Origin: a virus
Taxonomy: Duplodnaviria > Caudoviricetes
DNA: 64,000 bases
IMG/VR virus record: IMGVR_UViG_2706795367_000001
Span: 1 to 64,000 of that record
Direction: 5' to 3' (one strand)
Each line of letters opens with the position of its first letter. The stretch's first letter is position 1. The position numbers were made by a program, and so were the translations under genes. The notes under the pieces were generated by a model. The model saw only the letters and a program-made list of their open reading frames with translations, had not been told where the DNA came from and ran no database searches. This document shows, one piece after another, positions 17,964 to 27,557 of the stretch.

Positions 17964-20900
17964 ATGGCGAGAGTTGATCTATGGGCGTTTCTCCATCTCA
18001 ACCAGAAGTCGATGCGAAATGCGGAGAAAGAGGCGGTAGGCCGATTCCAGAAGATTGGCAGGGAATCGGCCGATGCCATGTCGAAGGAGATCGAGAGCGC
18101 CGCTCCTCGCGTCCGCAGGGCGATGAACAGGGTTACCGACGCAACCCTCAGCAGTTCTCGCGCCGCCCGCGAAGCCAAGAAGAGCCAGGATGCGTTAGCC
18201 AAGTCTAGCCAGAAGGTCCTAGAGCTCGAAGAGCAAATCGGGGAGCAGAAGAAGAAGTCCCAGCGGCTCCGCAAGTCTGAAATCGCCAACCAGCGGCTTG
18301 AGACCAAGGCGCAGAAGGCCCGCAACGAGGCACTTGAGGAGTATAACCGACTTGTTGATCGTCGCAACAAGAAGAGCGACGCCCATAAGCAGACCAGGGA
18401 GGAAATCCGCCTTGCCGACCATCGAATCAAGCAGCTCAGGCTAGAGGGCAAATACAAAGAGGCCAAGGCCCTCGATAAAGAGATCCACCCGACACGCAAG
18501 AAAAGCATCCTGGAGGAGCGGGATGTCCGCGCCCTGGATAAGCAGGTTGCCGCCGGCAAGGCTGACCTCGACAAAAAGACCAAAATCCTCAAGGAAGCCG
18601 AGGAGAACCTCAAAAGGGTTCAAAAAGACCGCGACGATGTGGTCAAGAGCCTCACGAAGTCCGAAGAGGAGCATCGCAAGGCGAACGACGCCGCCAAGAA
18701 ATCCCTCGAAGACCTCCGGAAAGCCAACGAGGACGTCGAGAAAGCCGTCCGCAGTCGCGAGGAGGCCGTCAAGTCCCTCCATGAGGCTGAAGAGGCCGAG
18801 GAGGAGAAGCGCCGCAAGCGCGTAGACCGAGATCGGCGCGGCGGTAGGGGTAGGCGTGGCGGCGGCGGCCTGGGCGTCATTGGCAACATGCTCACCGACC
18901 TGCCGTTCGTCCCCTCGGGGCGCGCTGGCGCGTTCATGGGCGGCGGCCTGCTCATCACGATGGCATCGGCGATGGAAGCCGTTGTCACGGCCTCTCAGAG
19001 CCTTGCCCTTACCCCGGCCATTCTTATGGCTGCTGGCGCAGGGTTTGGCACGTTGGCGCTCGGCGTCTCCGGCTTCGGGGACGCCATCAAGGACATGGGC
19101 GATCCAGAGAAGTTCGCCGAAGCCCTGCAATCACTCTCGCCGGCGGCCCAACAGGCGGCGCTGGAGATCCAGTACCTTGTTGACGGCCCCCTCGGGGACC
19201 TCAAGAAGGCTACTCAAGAGACTTTGTTCGAGGGTGTGGCGCAACGCTTCCGCAGCCTGACGAACACTTTCCAGCCGGAAATCATGCGGCTGACCACGGG
19301 CATCGCTGGCGCGATGAACGGAATGTTCGATGAGTTCACAAACCAGCTGATGACCCCAGGGTCGCAGAAGGCCATTTCGAGCATCATCGACGACATTGTC
19401 AAGGCGTTCCAGAATCTTCAGCCCGCTATCGCACCGTTCACCAATGCGCTGCTGAAGATCTCGGAAACCGGCGCATCCTTCCTCCCTGATCTCGCCACCG
19501 GGCTCGCGAACGCTGCTACGAGTTTCTCGCGCTTCATTACCGAGGCGCAGCGGTCGGGCAAGCTGGAGGAGTTCATCCAGAAGGGCATTGACGCGGCGAA
19601 GTCGCTTGGCGATGCCATCTGGACCATCGGCGGACGGATCTACGAGGTCTTCGGCAACAAGAGCCCCGAGGATTTCGAGAAGACGCTTCAGGACGTCATC
19701 GATGCGGCGTTCGGCCTGGCCAATGGTCTGGTCTCGGCGTCGAAGGCCGTCAACGCGGTGCTCAAGGAGATCGAGCCGCTCACCAACCTCATGAAGGATC
19801 ACCCCGGACTGGTCTGGGCAATGATCGGCGCGTGGGTTGGCTTCAAGGGCCTTGGCCTTGTTGCGATGATCTCCGGCCTCGCCGGCGGACTCGGCAACGT
19901 TGCCAGCGCCCTAGGGAAGATCCCGAGCCTGGCGCAGAAGGCCGGGGCGGGCATCTCCGGGGCGCTGGCAGCCGTCAGTATCCCTGCCTGGCTGAAGTTC
20001 CTGATGAGGTGGGGCGGAGCCATCGGATTCGGTGGCCAATCCGACGTCAAGATGCCCGGGGACGAGGGCTACCCGTTCGACCCGAACGATCCGAAGTACG
20101 GGGAAGATGCCCTACGGAGGAAGGCCCGGGAAAAGCTTGGGCTTCCTCCCGAGATCCCCACGGGCGGGGCCCCGGGCACCGGCAACGGTCCCCACGGGCG
20201 CGACGGACGCCGTCGCTGGAACCCGAATGCGGGCCGCAGCGCTACCACGGGCATCGGCCCGGCACCTGCTGACGCGGGCCTTCCTCCGTGGGCTCCGCAT
20301 GACGTTCCGTTGCCGCCTGCCGACGGGGGCGGAAAGCTCAGTGACAGCGAACGTCGTGACCAAATCTGGTCGTCACTCAATCCGAACGACTTCATGCCGA
20401 AGATCGATGTCCCCATGGGGCCGATCACTCCGGGCACCCCTCGCCTGGAGTACGGCACGGACGGGAAACCGTTCTCGAAGCCGGGCTATGGCTACACCGA
20501 TGTCGATCAGCGTGCCGTCGCGGATGCGCAGGAGAAGGTTCGGCGCGCCGCGCTCGACCTTCGCGACGCCCGCATGGAAGTCGCCATCCTCGAGCAGGAT
20601 TCTCTCGCCACCGAGCGCGAAATCTTCGAGGCGAAAGAGAAGCTGCGCGAAGAAGAGTACGAGTTCAACCAGGCCCAACTTGATCTTGTCGACGAGCTGA
20701 ACGGCAAGTGGAAAAAGGTCAAGGGCGGTATGTCCGACGCCAACAAGCTTGGCGCCGGGCTGGATGACGACCTCGGCATCTCGCGCGGCATAGCCGGCTT
20801 GGCGGACAACCTGGTTCGACTCGTCGGCAACCTCGCCACGGCTCCGCTGCAGGCGATGCTCGGCAAGATCGCCGCGCAGGGTGACGGCTCGTACGGCATC

Positions 20901-22811
20901 ATCGGCATGCTCTTCGGCAAGTCCAAGGATGGGCTCGAAGACTACGACAGTAGCGGCAACTACGTCGGCAGCGACAGTAGCAGTGGCGGTGGGTTCAGCG
21001 CCCCCGGTCAGGCATCCTTCGGCGCCCCGATGGGCGGCGGAGAGCCCTATGGCCTGCCCGTCGGCACCGACTCTGGCGGCTACGGCAACGGCGGCGGGGA
21101 GTTCCCCCCGTGGGTTCACCAGCTGGGTGCGGCATTCGGCCTCAAGCCGAGCACCTACCCCGGACACCAGGAAAAGGATGGCCTCAACAAGGGCATCGAC
21201 TGGTCCGGCCCGGTGGAGAACATGCAGGCCTTCGCCGAGTACCTCGCGACGATCCCTGGCGCGATGGAGCAGGTCATCTGGAGCAACCCGGATGGTCGAA
21301 AGATCGGCATCGCCAACGGGCAGTTCGTGGGCCCCGGCACCGACCAGCCCGGCTACTACGCCAAGGACTGGGCCGGTCACCAGAACCACGTCCACACCCG
21401 GCAAAGCTACTCCATCCCCATGCCCGGCGGAATGCCGGCTTCGGCTGCTGGATTCTCCGGGCCGGGCTCGTTCGGCGGATCGTCGGGCGGCGGGACCCCG
21501 GTGTTCGTCACCAACTGGCCCTTCGGTGGGGCAATCCCCGGAATGGGCAGCCCCGGATCGCCTGGCGGCCCAGGGCAAATGGGCAAGATGGGCACCCCCA
21601 TCACGAACGCAGCGGCCTTCAGTAGCTTCGGCAACCCCGGATCTCCGCAGGCCGTGGCCAACATGATCTATCAGCAGGCGATTTCTCGCGGGTATAGCCC
21701 GCAGGAGGCGCAGGCCATCGTTGCCTACGCCATCGGCGAATCGGGGCTCAACCCCAACGCCAATGGCGGCCCCCAAGGCGGCCCCGGCGGGGCGAACGAG
21801 GTCGTCGGCCTGTTCCAGCAGAAGCCCGACTTCGCCCGGGGTGGCGGCATCGACCCGTCACTGCGCACCAACGCCGCAGCGAACACCCACGCCTACCTCA
21901 ACCAGCTGGAGCAGAATCGGCACCTCCCGATTGAGCAGGCTCTGCCCGCGACATCGGGGGGCGGACCTCTCGCAACCGGCGCCAACTGGGGCAGCCTGAT
22001 GAGTCAGGCTGGACAACTCCTCGGCGGAGCTGGCGGGCCGCTCAGCACCGGTATGCCTACGGGCCTCCCCGGAGGCCGTGCACCCGGTGTTGCGGGCGGT
22101 GCTGCTGGCGGCGGTCTACCCGGCCTGTTCGGCGGGTTGGGCGCCGCGGGCGGTGGAGCGGCAGGTGGCGCACTCGGTCAGCTTGCCCCGCAAAGGCAGC
22201 TGCCCGGCACCGGCATGCCCGGTGCGGCAGGTGCTGCGGCAGGCGCTGTTGGCGGCCTCGAGGCGGGTCAAACCGCCGCGGGTCAAGGCAACAACGACTA
22301 CAAGCCCGGCGAGGAAGGCTGGCAGCCCCAGGGCGGCGGCCTCGGCGTCGGTGGGCTGATGGGCGCTGCGATTCAGGGCGCCATGGGCGCAGGCTCGGCG
22401 ATGGCCGGTCCGGCAGCTCCGGCGGCCTCGGCGGCGGCGCAGATGGCCATGCAGCTCATCCAACGAACCATCAAGTACGGCGGCGAGGTTGCAGCCATCG
22501 GCGTCGAGGGCCTCATGGAGACCTTCACGCTCGGCGACAGTGCCCTCGGCGATATGAGCAAAAGCTGGTTCGGTCGTCTCCTCGGCGGCCTTTCTCAGGC
22601 CAAGCCCGCCCTCGGCGGGTCGGCCGGAAAGCAAGACGAGAAGTCGGCAGAGAAGAAGGGCGAGCAGGACCCGAATGCTGACAAGCAACAGCAGCAGGGC
22701 GGCCTCGGCGGGGTGAATATCGGGACATTCGTCCAGAGCCCCGACAAAAACAACCAGCAGGTCATGAATCAGCTCAACTTCATGAGCTACGCCTCGGGCC
22801 AGCCCCGCTAA
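17964..22811 (+). CDS. tape measure protein with putative peptidoglycan-hydrolase domains
   Basis: 1615 aa; coiled-coil N-term; YPGH...GIDW...HQNHVH peptidase-like motif; AIGESGLNPNA...GLFQQ transglycosylase-like motif. Confidence 0.95.
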   Translation: MARVDLWAFLHLNQKSMRNAEKEAVGRFQKIGRESADAMSKEIESAAPRVRRAMNRVTDATLSSSRAAREAKKSQDALAKSSQKVLELEEQIGEQKKKSQRLRKSEIANQRLETKAQKARNEALEEYNRLVDRRNKKSDAHKQTREEIRLADHRIKQLRLEGKYKEAKALDKEIHPTRKKSILEERDVRALDKQVAAGKADLDKKTKILKEAEENLKRVQKDRDDVVKSLTKSEEEHRKANDAAKKSLEDLRKANEDVEKAVRSREEAVKSLHEAEEAEEEKRRKRVDRDRRGGRGRRGGGGLGVIGNMLTDLPFVPSGRAGAFMGGGLLITMASAMEAVVTASQSLALTPAILMAAGAGFGTLALGVSGFGDAIKDMGDPEKFAEALQSLSPAAQQAALEIQYLVDGPLGDLKKATQETLFEGVAQRFRSLTNTFQPEIMRLTTGIAGAMNGMFDEFTNQLMTPGSQKAISSIIDDIVKAFQNLQPAIAPFTNALLKISETGASFLPDLATGLANAATSFSRFITEAQRSGKLEEFIQKGIDAAKSLGDAIWTIGGRIYEVFGNKSPEDFEKTLQDVIDAAFGLANGLVSASKAVNAVLKEIEPLTNLMKDHPGLVWAMIGAWVGFKGLGLVAMISGLAGGLGNVASALGKIPSLAQKAGAGISGALAAVSIPAWLKFLMRWGGAIGFGGQSDVKMPGDEGYPFDPNDPKYGEDALRRKAREKLGLPPEIPTGGAPGTGNGPHGRDGRRRWNPNAGRSATTGIGPAPADAGLPPWAPHDVPLPPADGGGKLSDSERRDQIWSSLNPNDFMPKIDVPMGPITPGTPRLEYGTDGKPFSKPGYGYTDVDQRAVADAQEKVRRAALDLRDARMEVAILEQDSLATEREIFEAKEKLREEEYEFNQAQLDLVDELNGKWKKVKGGMSDANKLGAGLDDDLGISRGIAGLADNLVRLVGNLATAPLQAMLGKIAAQGDGSYGIIGMLFGKSKDGLEDYDSSGNYVGSDSSSGGGFSAPGQASFGAPMGGGEPYGLPVGTDSGGYGNGGGEFPPWVHQLGAAFGLKPSTYPGHQEKDGLNKGIDWSGPVENMQAFAEYLATIPGAMEQVIWSNPDGRKIGIANGQFVGPGTDQPGYYAKDWAGHQNHVHTRQSYSIPMPGGMPASAAGFSGPGSFGGSSGGGTPVFVTNWPFGGAIPGMGSPGSPGGPGQMGKMGTPITNAAAFSSFGNPGSPQAVANMIYQQAISRGYSPQEAQAIVAYAIGESGLNPNANGGPQGGPGGANEVVGLFQQKPDFARGGGIDPSLRTNAAANTHAYLNQLEQNRHLPIEQALPATSGGGPLATGANWGSLMSQAGQLLGGAGGPLSTGMPTGLPGGRAPGVAGGAAGGGLPGLFGGLGAAGGGAAGGALGQLAPQRQLPGTGMPGAAGAAAGAVGGLEAGQTAAGQGNNDYKPGEEGWQPQGGGLGVGGLMGAAIQGAMGAGSAMAGPAAPAASAAAQMAMQLIQRTIKYGGEVAAIGVEGLMETFTLGDSALGDMSKSWFGRLLGGLSQAKPALGGSAGKQDEKSAEKKGEQDPNADKQQQQGGLGGVNIGTFVQSPDKNNQQVMNQLNFMSYASGQPR

Positions 22812-22820
22812 CCGAAACTT

Positions 22821-22864
22821 CGCATCAACCCCCGCTCACGTTCCCCTGGGCGGGGGTTGATGCG
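22821..22864 (+). terminator. 18-bp hairpin after tape measure gene
   Basis: CGCATCAACCCCCGCTCA / TGGGCGGGGGTTGATGCG. Confidence 0.55.
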
Positions 22865-22893
22865 TCTTCGGACCTCACTCGAAAGGGGACCCC

Positions 22894-24879
22894 TTGGAGA
22901 GCTATCCTCCCACGCCGATTACCAAATACGGCATCAATCTTCTCCGCGAAGGTATTGAGCCGAATATCACCTACACCAGCCCCGGCGGGGAGATCATCTT
23001 CTATCTCAACGGCGGACTGGCGCCGTGGCCCGGTGTTACCGAAGGAATAGCCCTCGAAGAAGGCATCGAGGGTATGCACCCGCTGTTCAATCACCTCGAC
23101 AACAAGGGTGCCCGCCAGGACGGCGCGACATGGTCGGACACGGTTTACGAGCCGGCCGAAATGGTGATGAAGGTTATCGCCTCGGCGCAATCGGCCGAAA
23201 ACATGCGCCGTCTTATCCGCAAATGGGTCGCCTCATGGGACCCGGAGAATCCGGGCAAGCTCACCTGGGTTACTCCCGAATCGGGGGAGTGGTGGTGCTA
23301 TCCGCGCCTCCATCGGGCCCCGACCGACAAGCTTCAGCGCGGATACACCCGCGACGGCATCCAGAAATTCCAGTGGTTCATCCGTAACGACGACGCCTTC
23401 TGGCGCTCGCACGACTCGGTGTCTCAATTCCAGTTCGCATACAAGATGGCGATCGACGAATTCAATCGCGACGACGAGGGAAGCCTCGGCCCGAACTGGG
23501 ATCAGACATACCTTGGCCCCGGCGATGGTGTGTGCGAGACCGAATCCGCGGTCAACTTCCTGATCCCCGGCCGGGCCCGCTGGACCCCAGAGGGTGAAGA
23601 GCAGAACACGGTTATCAACCGCTATCTCGGCGTCAGCGAAACCCAGGTTATCGAGGTATTCGGTAACCCCACCGCTATCCGCCTCGGCTTCGATGGGCAG
23701 ACCACCTCGTCGATCTCGTATCCCGCCACCGCGGCGGAGATCAAGACGGCCCTGGCGTCGCTGTCCAACATCACCACCGACGACGTCGACGTCACCGGCG
23801 ACTCGGGCGGACCCTACACGGTCACGTTTAAGGGCGCCTACGCCAAAACCGATGTGCCGCAGATCGACGCTTCGATCGTCAGTGGCGGCACCAACCCGTA
23901 CGTCACGGTCAGGACCACGGCGACAGGTTCGCCCGGAACCACGGCCACCAACAAGCAGGTCATTTCGATCCAGCTCGGCGCTTTCTTCATGTTCCCGTTC
24001 CCGGATGCGGCCTACATCGATATCTGGGGCCGGATGAGCGAGGACGGTCAGGACGGCATCCGGCTGCGAATCGGCCCGCAATGGATCAGATTGTCGGCCT
24101 TCAACAATGGTGTGGAAACCGTTCTGCGTCAGCGCATCCTGCTCATCCTCCCGATCTGGGGCGAGACGTGGTCACTGGTGTGCGGCAGCGCCAACAACGA
24201 CCGCCAGTACACGGTCATGCGGAGCGGCTTCCCGGTCCTTACCTACAAGGAGTCCGGGTCGCAGTCGCAGGTGGGCGAGGATCACCGCGGCGTCGGCTTC
24301 GGTATGGAGGCCGGTGACGGCTTCACCCGGCAGCTGGTTCCGCCGGCGGTCAACCGCTGGTCGTTCGGCGACAACGCCACCGTCACCCAGTCCGGCCACT
24401 TGGCGGTCACCAACTTCGGCGACCAGCCCGGCTTCCCGGATCTGGTGGTGTACGGCCCCGGCACGTTCTTCTTCAGCGACGGGCCCGGCGCCGATCCGAC
24501 GATCGAGTTCGGCCCCCTCGCCGATGGTCAGGTGGCGCTCATCAAGACCCACCCGGGTCAGCGCGGCGTCTACGACATCACCACCGATCAGACCGAGCAG
24601 GACCTCCCGTTCTTCCAGGACTTCCTGCATCGCCTGATCAGCTTGGCGTTCAACGGCAACATCCCACCCCTGATGCAGTGGTTCGAAAGCATCTTCGGCA
24701 TCGAGCCCCCGCAGGGCAACATGTACGCCCTCCTCAAGGGGCGCTGGTCAAAGCCGGTCCCTGCGCGCGGCCTCGATGGCACGCCGACCACGCACCAGAT
24801 CGCTGTGAAAATCAAAGACGGCAACGCCAATTCAAAGGTTATCGCGGCCCTAACGCCCATGAGGCGCTGGCCGGAGTAA
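22894..24879 (+). CDS. minor tail protein (distal-tail-like, with inserted beta domains)
   Basis: First gene after tape measure; TTG after GAAAGGGG. Confidence 0.9.
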   Translation: MESYPPTPITKYGINLLREGIEPNITYTSPGGEIIFYLNGGLAPWPGVTEGIALEEGIEGMHPLFNHLDNKGARQDGATWSDTVYEPAEMVMKVIASAQSAENMRRLIRKWVASWDPENPGKLTWVTPESGEWWCYPRLHRAPTDKLQRGYTRDGIQKFQWFIRNDDAFWRSHDSVSQFQFAYKMAIDEFNRDDEGSLGPNWDQTYLGPGDGVCETESAVNFLIPGRARWTPEGEEQNTVINRYLGVSETQVIEVFGNPTAIRLGFDGQTTSSISYPATAAEIKTALASLSNITTDDVDVTGDSGGPYTVTFKGAYAKTDVPQIDASIVSGGTNPYVTVRTTATGSPGTTATNKQVISIQLGAFFMFPFPDAAYIDIWGRMSEDGQDGIRLRIGPQWIRLSAFNNGVETVLRQRILLILPIWGETWSLVCGSANNDRQYTVMRSGFPVLTYKESGSQSQVGEDHRGVGFGMEAGDGFTRQLVPPAVNRWSFGDNATVTQSGHLAVTNFGDQPGFPDLVVYGPGTFFFSDGPGADPTIEFGPLADGQVALIKTHPGQRGVYDITTDQTEQDLPFFQDFLHRLISLAFNGNIPPLMQWFESIFGIEPPQGNMYALLKGRWSKPVPARGLDGTPTTHQIAVKIKDGNANSKVIAALTPMRRWPE

Positions 24880-24889
24880 GGAGAACTGC

Positions 24890-26623
24890 TTGCCCAGAGT
24901 TGAAGTTGAACAGAAGACTCTCGACGATTTACGGGCCAAGCTCTCCCAGGATGCGTATACGGCGGTTGAGGCCGCCCGGATGGTGTCGGAGATCGAGAAA
25001 GCTGCGGTCTCCGACACCCGCATTATCGTCACCGTCTACGACAAGTTCTATCGCCCAGTGGGGGAGGCGGGCGACTACCTCTCCGTGGGATGCAAATTCC
25101 CCCGCAACCAGGTCGAGAGCGGAAACCTTTCCCTCAAGCGCACCGATCCGTTGGCGGACGTTGTTCTGCAATGCCACGAGACCACGGTGCCCGTCACAAT
25201 CGAAATCGGGCACCTGTTGTGGTCGGGGCAGGTGAAGACGGCCCACGACAATTTCAACAACGCCGGCAAGGCGGATTTTGTCGAGTGTGAACTCGAAGGC
25301 GATTACGCCTGGCTGATGAAGATTCTGGCGTGGCCGAACTTTCTGCTTCCATTGCAGGTCCAATTCCCGCCGCGCGGGGTGGCGATCGGCCCGGCCATTT
25401 CCATCCTCAAATGGCTATTGGGCACCCAGGCATTCCGCCTGCAGTCGGGCATGTGGGAAATGGTCAACAACCTCCTGAGCCTGAACCTCGACTGGCGCGC
25501 CTGGTTCGGGACCGTTTTGTCGGCGGACCCGGGGAGCGACGGAATTGGCCTCGACGACGTGGCCCGCACTCTGCGCACGCCCATTTATGTCGTCCCCACC
25601 AATCCACTGACAGATACCTCGCCGTTCATTTCGGTGAACTGGCGCATGGACAAGATCGGCTCCATTTTCGAAGAGGTTGTTGAGGACAACGGCCTGCATG
25701 TCGAGGTGAAGCTGTGGCGCCCCGGCGACCCGCAGCCGGGCAACGACCCGCTGCTGGCGTTGTTCCCGCTCACGGTCCCAACGATTGTCGTGGACATCAA
25801 GGACCGCATGGGGATCGTGGGGCCCACGGGCACCTTCCTGGACGGCATCTTGCGCGTCCTGGTGGATTTGCAGAGCTCCATTTTCGGCGACGTCCTGGCG
25901 CCATTCTTGAACCCGAAGGGTGAGTACGCCCCGGACGGGTGGAATATCGCACCACTACTCGGTGTGCATTATGTCCCAACGTGGGCAGTATTTAATGCGG
26001 ACCATCCTAAAGGCGGGGTTTCCGGCCGACTATCCCATCATAGACCAGAGGCGTGGCGGGTAATTGTCGGCGGTAAATCTCCGAAATGGTTAAATGATCT
26101 AATTAATGCCACCATGGCCTTCATTCTGGATATGGTCCTCATCGTCGTCGGCATTACCGGCATTCCGAGCAATATGTTCGAAGGCCTGTTCAACGACGTG
26201 TTGCTGGCATTCCAGTTGGCGGATAACTTCGATCGTCGCATCAAAATGGGTCCGTACGGCCACGCTGAGGTCTTTGTGCCCACCAACAAGGCGCCGTACA
26301 CCATCGATGGCATTTTCGCGCTCAAGCGTGAAATGTGGAACACCCGCGGATACATCTCGGGCGAGGTCACCTTCAAAAACGGCCTACCCTACGAGATTGG
26401 CCGAGACCTGTTCCCGGGCGCCCTGGCGACCATTATCCGCAACGGTCAACTCTACACCGACTGGGTCGAGAATATCGTTGTCGTGGACACCCGCGACGGC
26501 CGTTCCGAGGTCATTGTTCAGATCGGCGACGGCAAGGCCGAAGAGGCCCCGGTCGTCAAACTCCAGCGCAAGCTGTCGAAGTTCCAAGAGGCCATCAACA
26601 TCTTGACATTGGCCACCCAGTAG
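24890..26623 (+). CDS. minor tail protein (baseplate hub-like)
   Basis: WPNFLLPLQVQFP, VGGKSPKWLN, DVLLAFQ motifs typical of mycobacteriophage minor tails. Confidence 0.9.
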   Translation: MPRVEVEQKTLDDLRAKLSQDAYTAVEAARMVSEIEKAAVSDTRIIVTVYDKFYRPVGEAGDYLSVGCKFPRNQVESGNLSLKRTDPLADVVLQCHETTVPVTIEIGHLLWSGQVKTAHDNFNNAGKADFVECELEGDYAWLMKILAWPNFLLPLQVQFPPRGVAIGPAISILKWLLGTQAFRLQSGMWEMVNNLLSLNLDWRAWFGTVLSADPGSDGIGLDDVARTLRTPIYVVPTNPLTDTSPFISVNWRMDKIGSIFEEVVEDNGLHVEVKLWRPGDPQPGNDPLLALFPLTVPTIVVDIKDRMGIVGPTGTFLDGILRVLVDLQSSIFGDVLAPFLNPKGEYAPDGWNIAPLLGVHYVPTWAVFNADHPKGGVSGRLSHHRPEAWRVIVGGKSPKWLNDLINATMAFILDMVLIVVGITGIPSNMFEGLFNDVLLAFQLADNFDRRIKMGPYGHAEVFVPTNKAPYTIDGIFALKREMWNTRGYISGEVTFKNGLPYEIGRDLFPGALATIIRNGQLYTDWVENIVVVDTRDGRSEVIVQIGDGKAEEAPVVKLQRKLSKFQEAINILTLATQ

Positions 26624-26705
26624 TTAAGCACACGGGTTAGTTGGGCGCGATTGAAGCGCAGCCCTAAATCCGCCCACTAATTCATCAAGGGGGACTTATT
26701 CCACT

Positions 26706-27557
26706 ATGGCATTGACTATCGATGGCGCCAACATCACCTTCGACGGTCGGGTCACCGTTGTCAACGGCTTCAACCCCGACACCGGGGTGGCCTATCTTGT
26801 TCTGACGCCCGAGGGCGGCTTCGGCGAGTTGCCGTTCTTCTCAGCCGGCACACCCGGTCTGCCGCCGGAGTTCACCGAGATCAAGATGACCCCGGTCGAC
26901 CCGGACGATCCGCTGCCTAGCCCCAACCCGGTGGTGACCCCGGTCGATCCGGGCGGGCCCGGCCTGCCGTCCAAATACAAGCTGGAGTTCTTCGTCCACA
27001 GCGGGCAGAAGGGCGACGAAGGCCCCGTGGTGATCGCCAACGCAGACGACTTGGCGACCTCACCGGAGTTGGGTGGGGGCACCAATAAGTTCGTCCTCGT
27101 CTACCGCTCCTCGGACGGCATGTGGGTGCCCACCGCGCAGCGCGTGGGCAACATGTACATCTCCGAGGCGATTGCCGCGACTTCTGCCAGCGTCACCTCG
27201 ACACGACTGCTGTCGAGTATCACCATCCCGGCCCAGCCGTTCGACTGGTATCCGAGGGTGTTCGCTCAGACGCAGGTCGCCGGCGCGGCCGATACGCGCG
27301 TGGACCTGATTGCCCGCCTGGGCGACCCCGCCTCCGGGGGGATGGTCGGCTACTCCAAAGGGCTCGCTGGGGTGACCCCACCCCCAAACGTCGTCATTCC
27401 TGGATTCACTGTCGGTAGCGCGCTGCCAACGGTGTCCGCGGGCAATGCTGCCACGATCTATCTGCGCGCAGAACAGCAGGCATCCACGAGCAGCTCCTGG
27501 TCCACCCCGGCCTCGCCCGCGACAACGTTCTGCGCGGAGGTTGCGCCGCTGCTATGA
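26706..27557 (+). CDS. minor tail protein
   Basis: Pro/Gly-rich, GQKGDEG; position. Confidence 0.85.
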   Translation: MALTIDGANITFDGRVTVVNGFNPDTGVAYLVLTPEGGFGELPFFSAGTPGLPPEFTEIKMTPVDPDDPLPSPNPVVTPVDPGGPGLPSKYKLEFFVHSGQKGDEGPVVIANADDLATSPELGGGTNKFVLVYRSSDGMWVPTAQRVGNMYISEAIAATSASVTSTRLLSSITIPAQPFDWYPRVFAQTQVAGAADTRVDLIARLGDPASGGMVGYSKGLAGVTPPPNVVIPGFTVGSALPTVSAGNAATIYLRAEQQASTSSSWSTPASPATTFCAEVAPLL

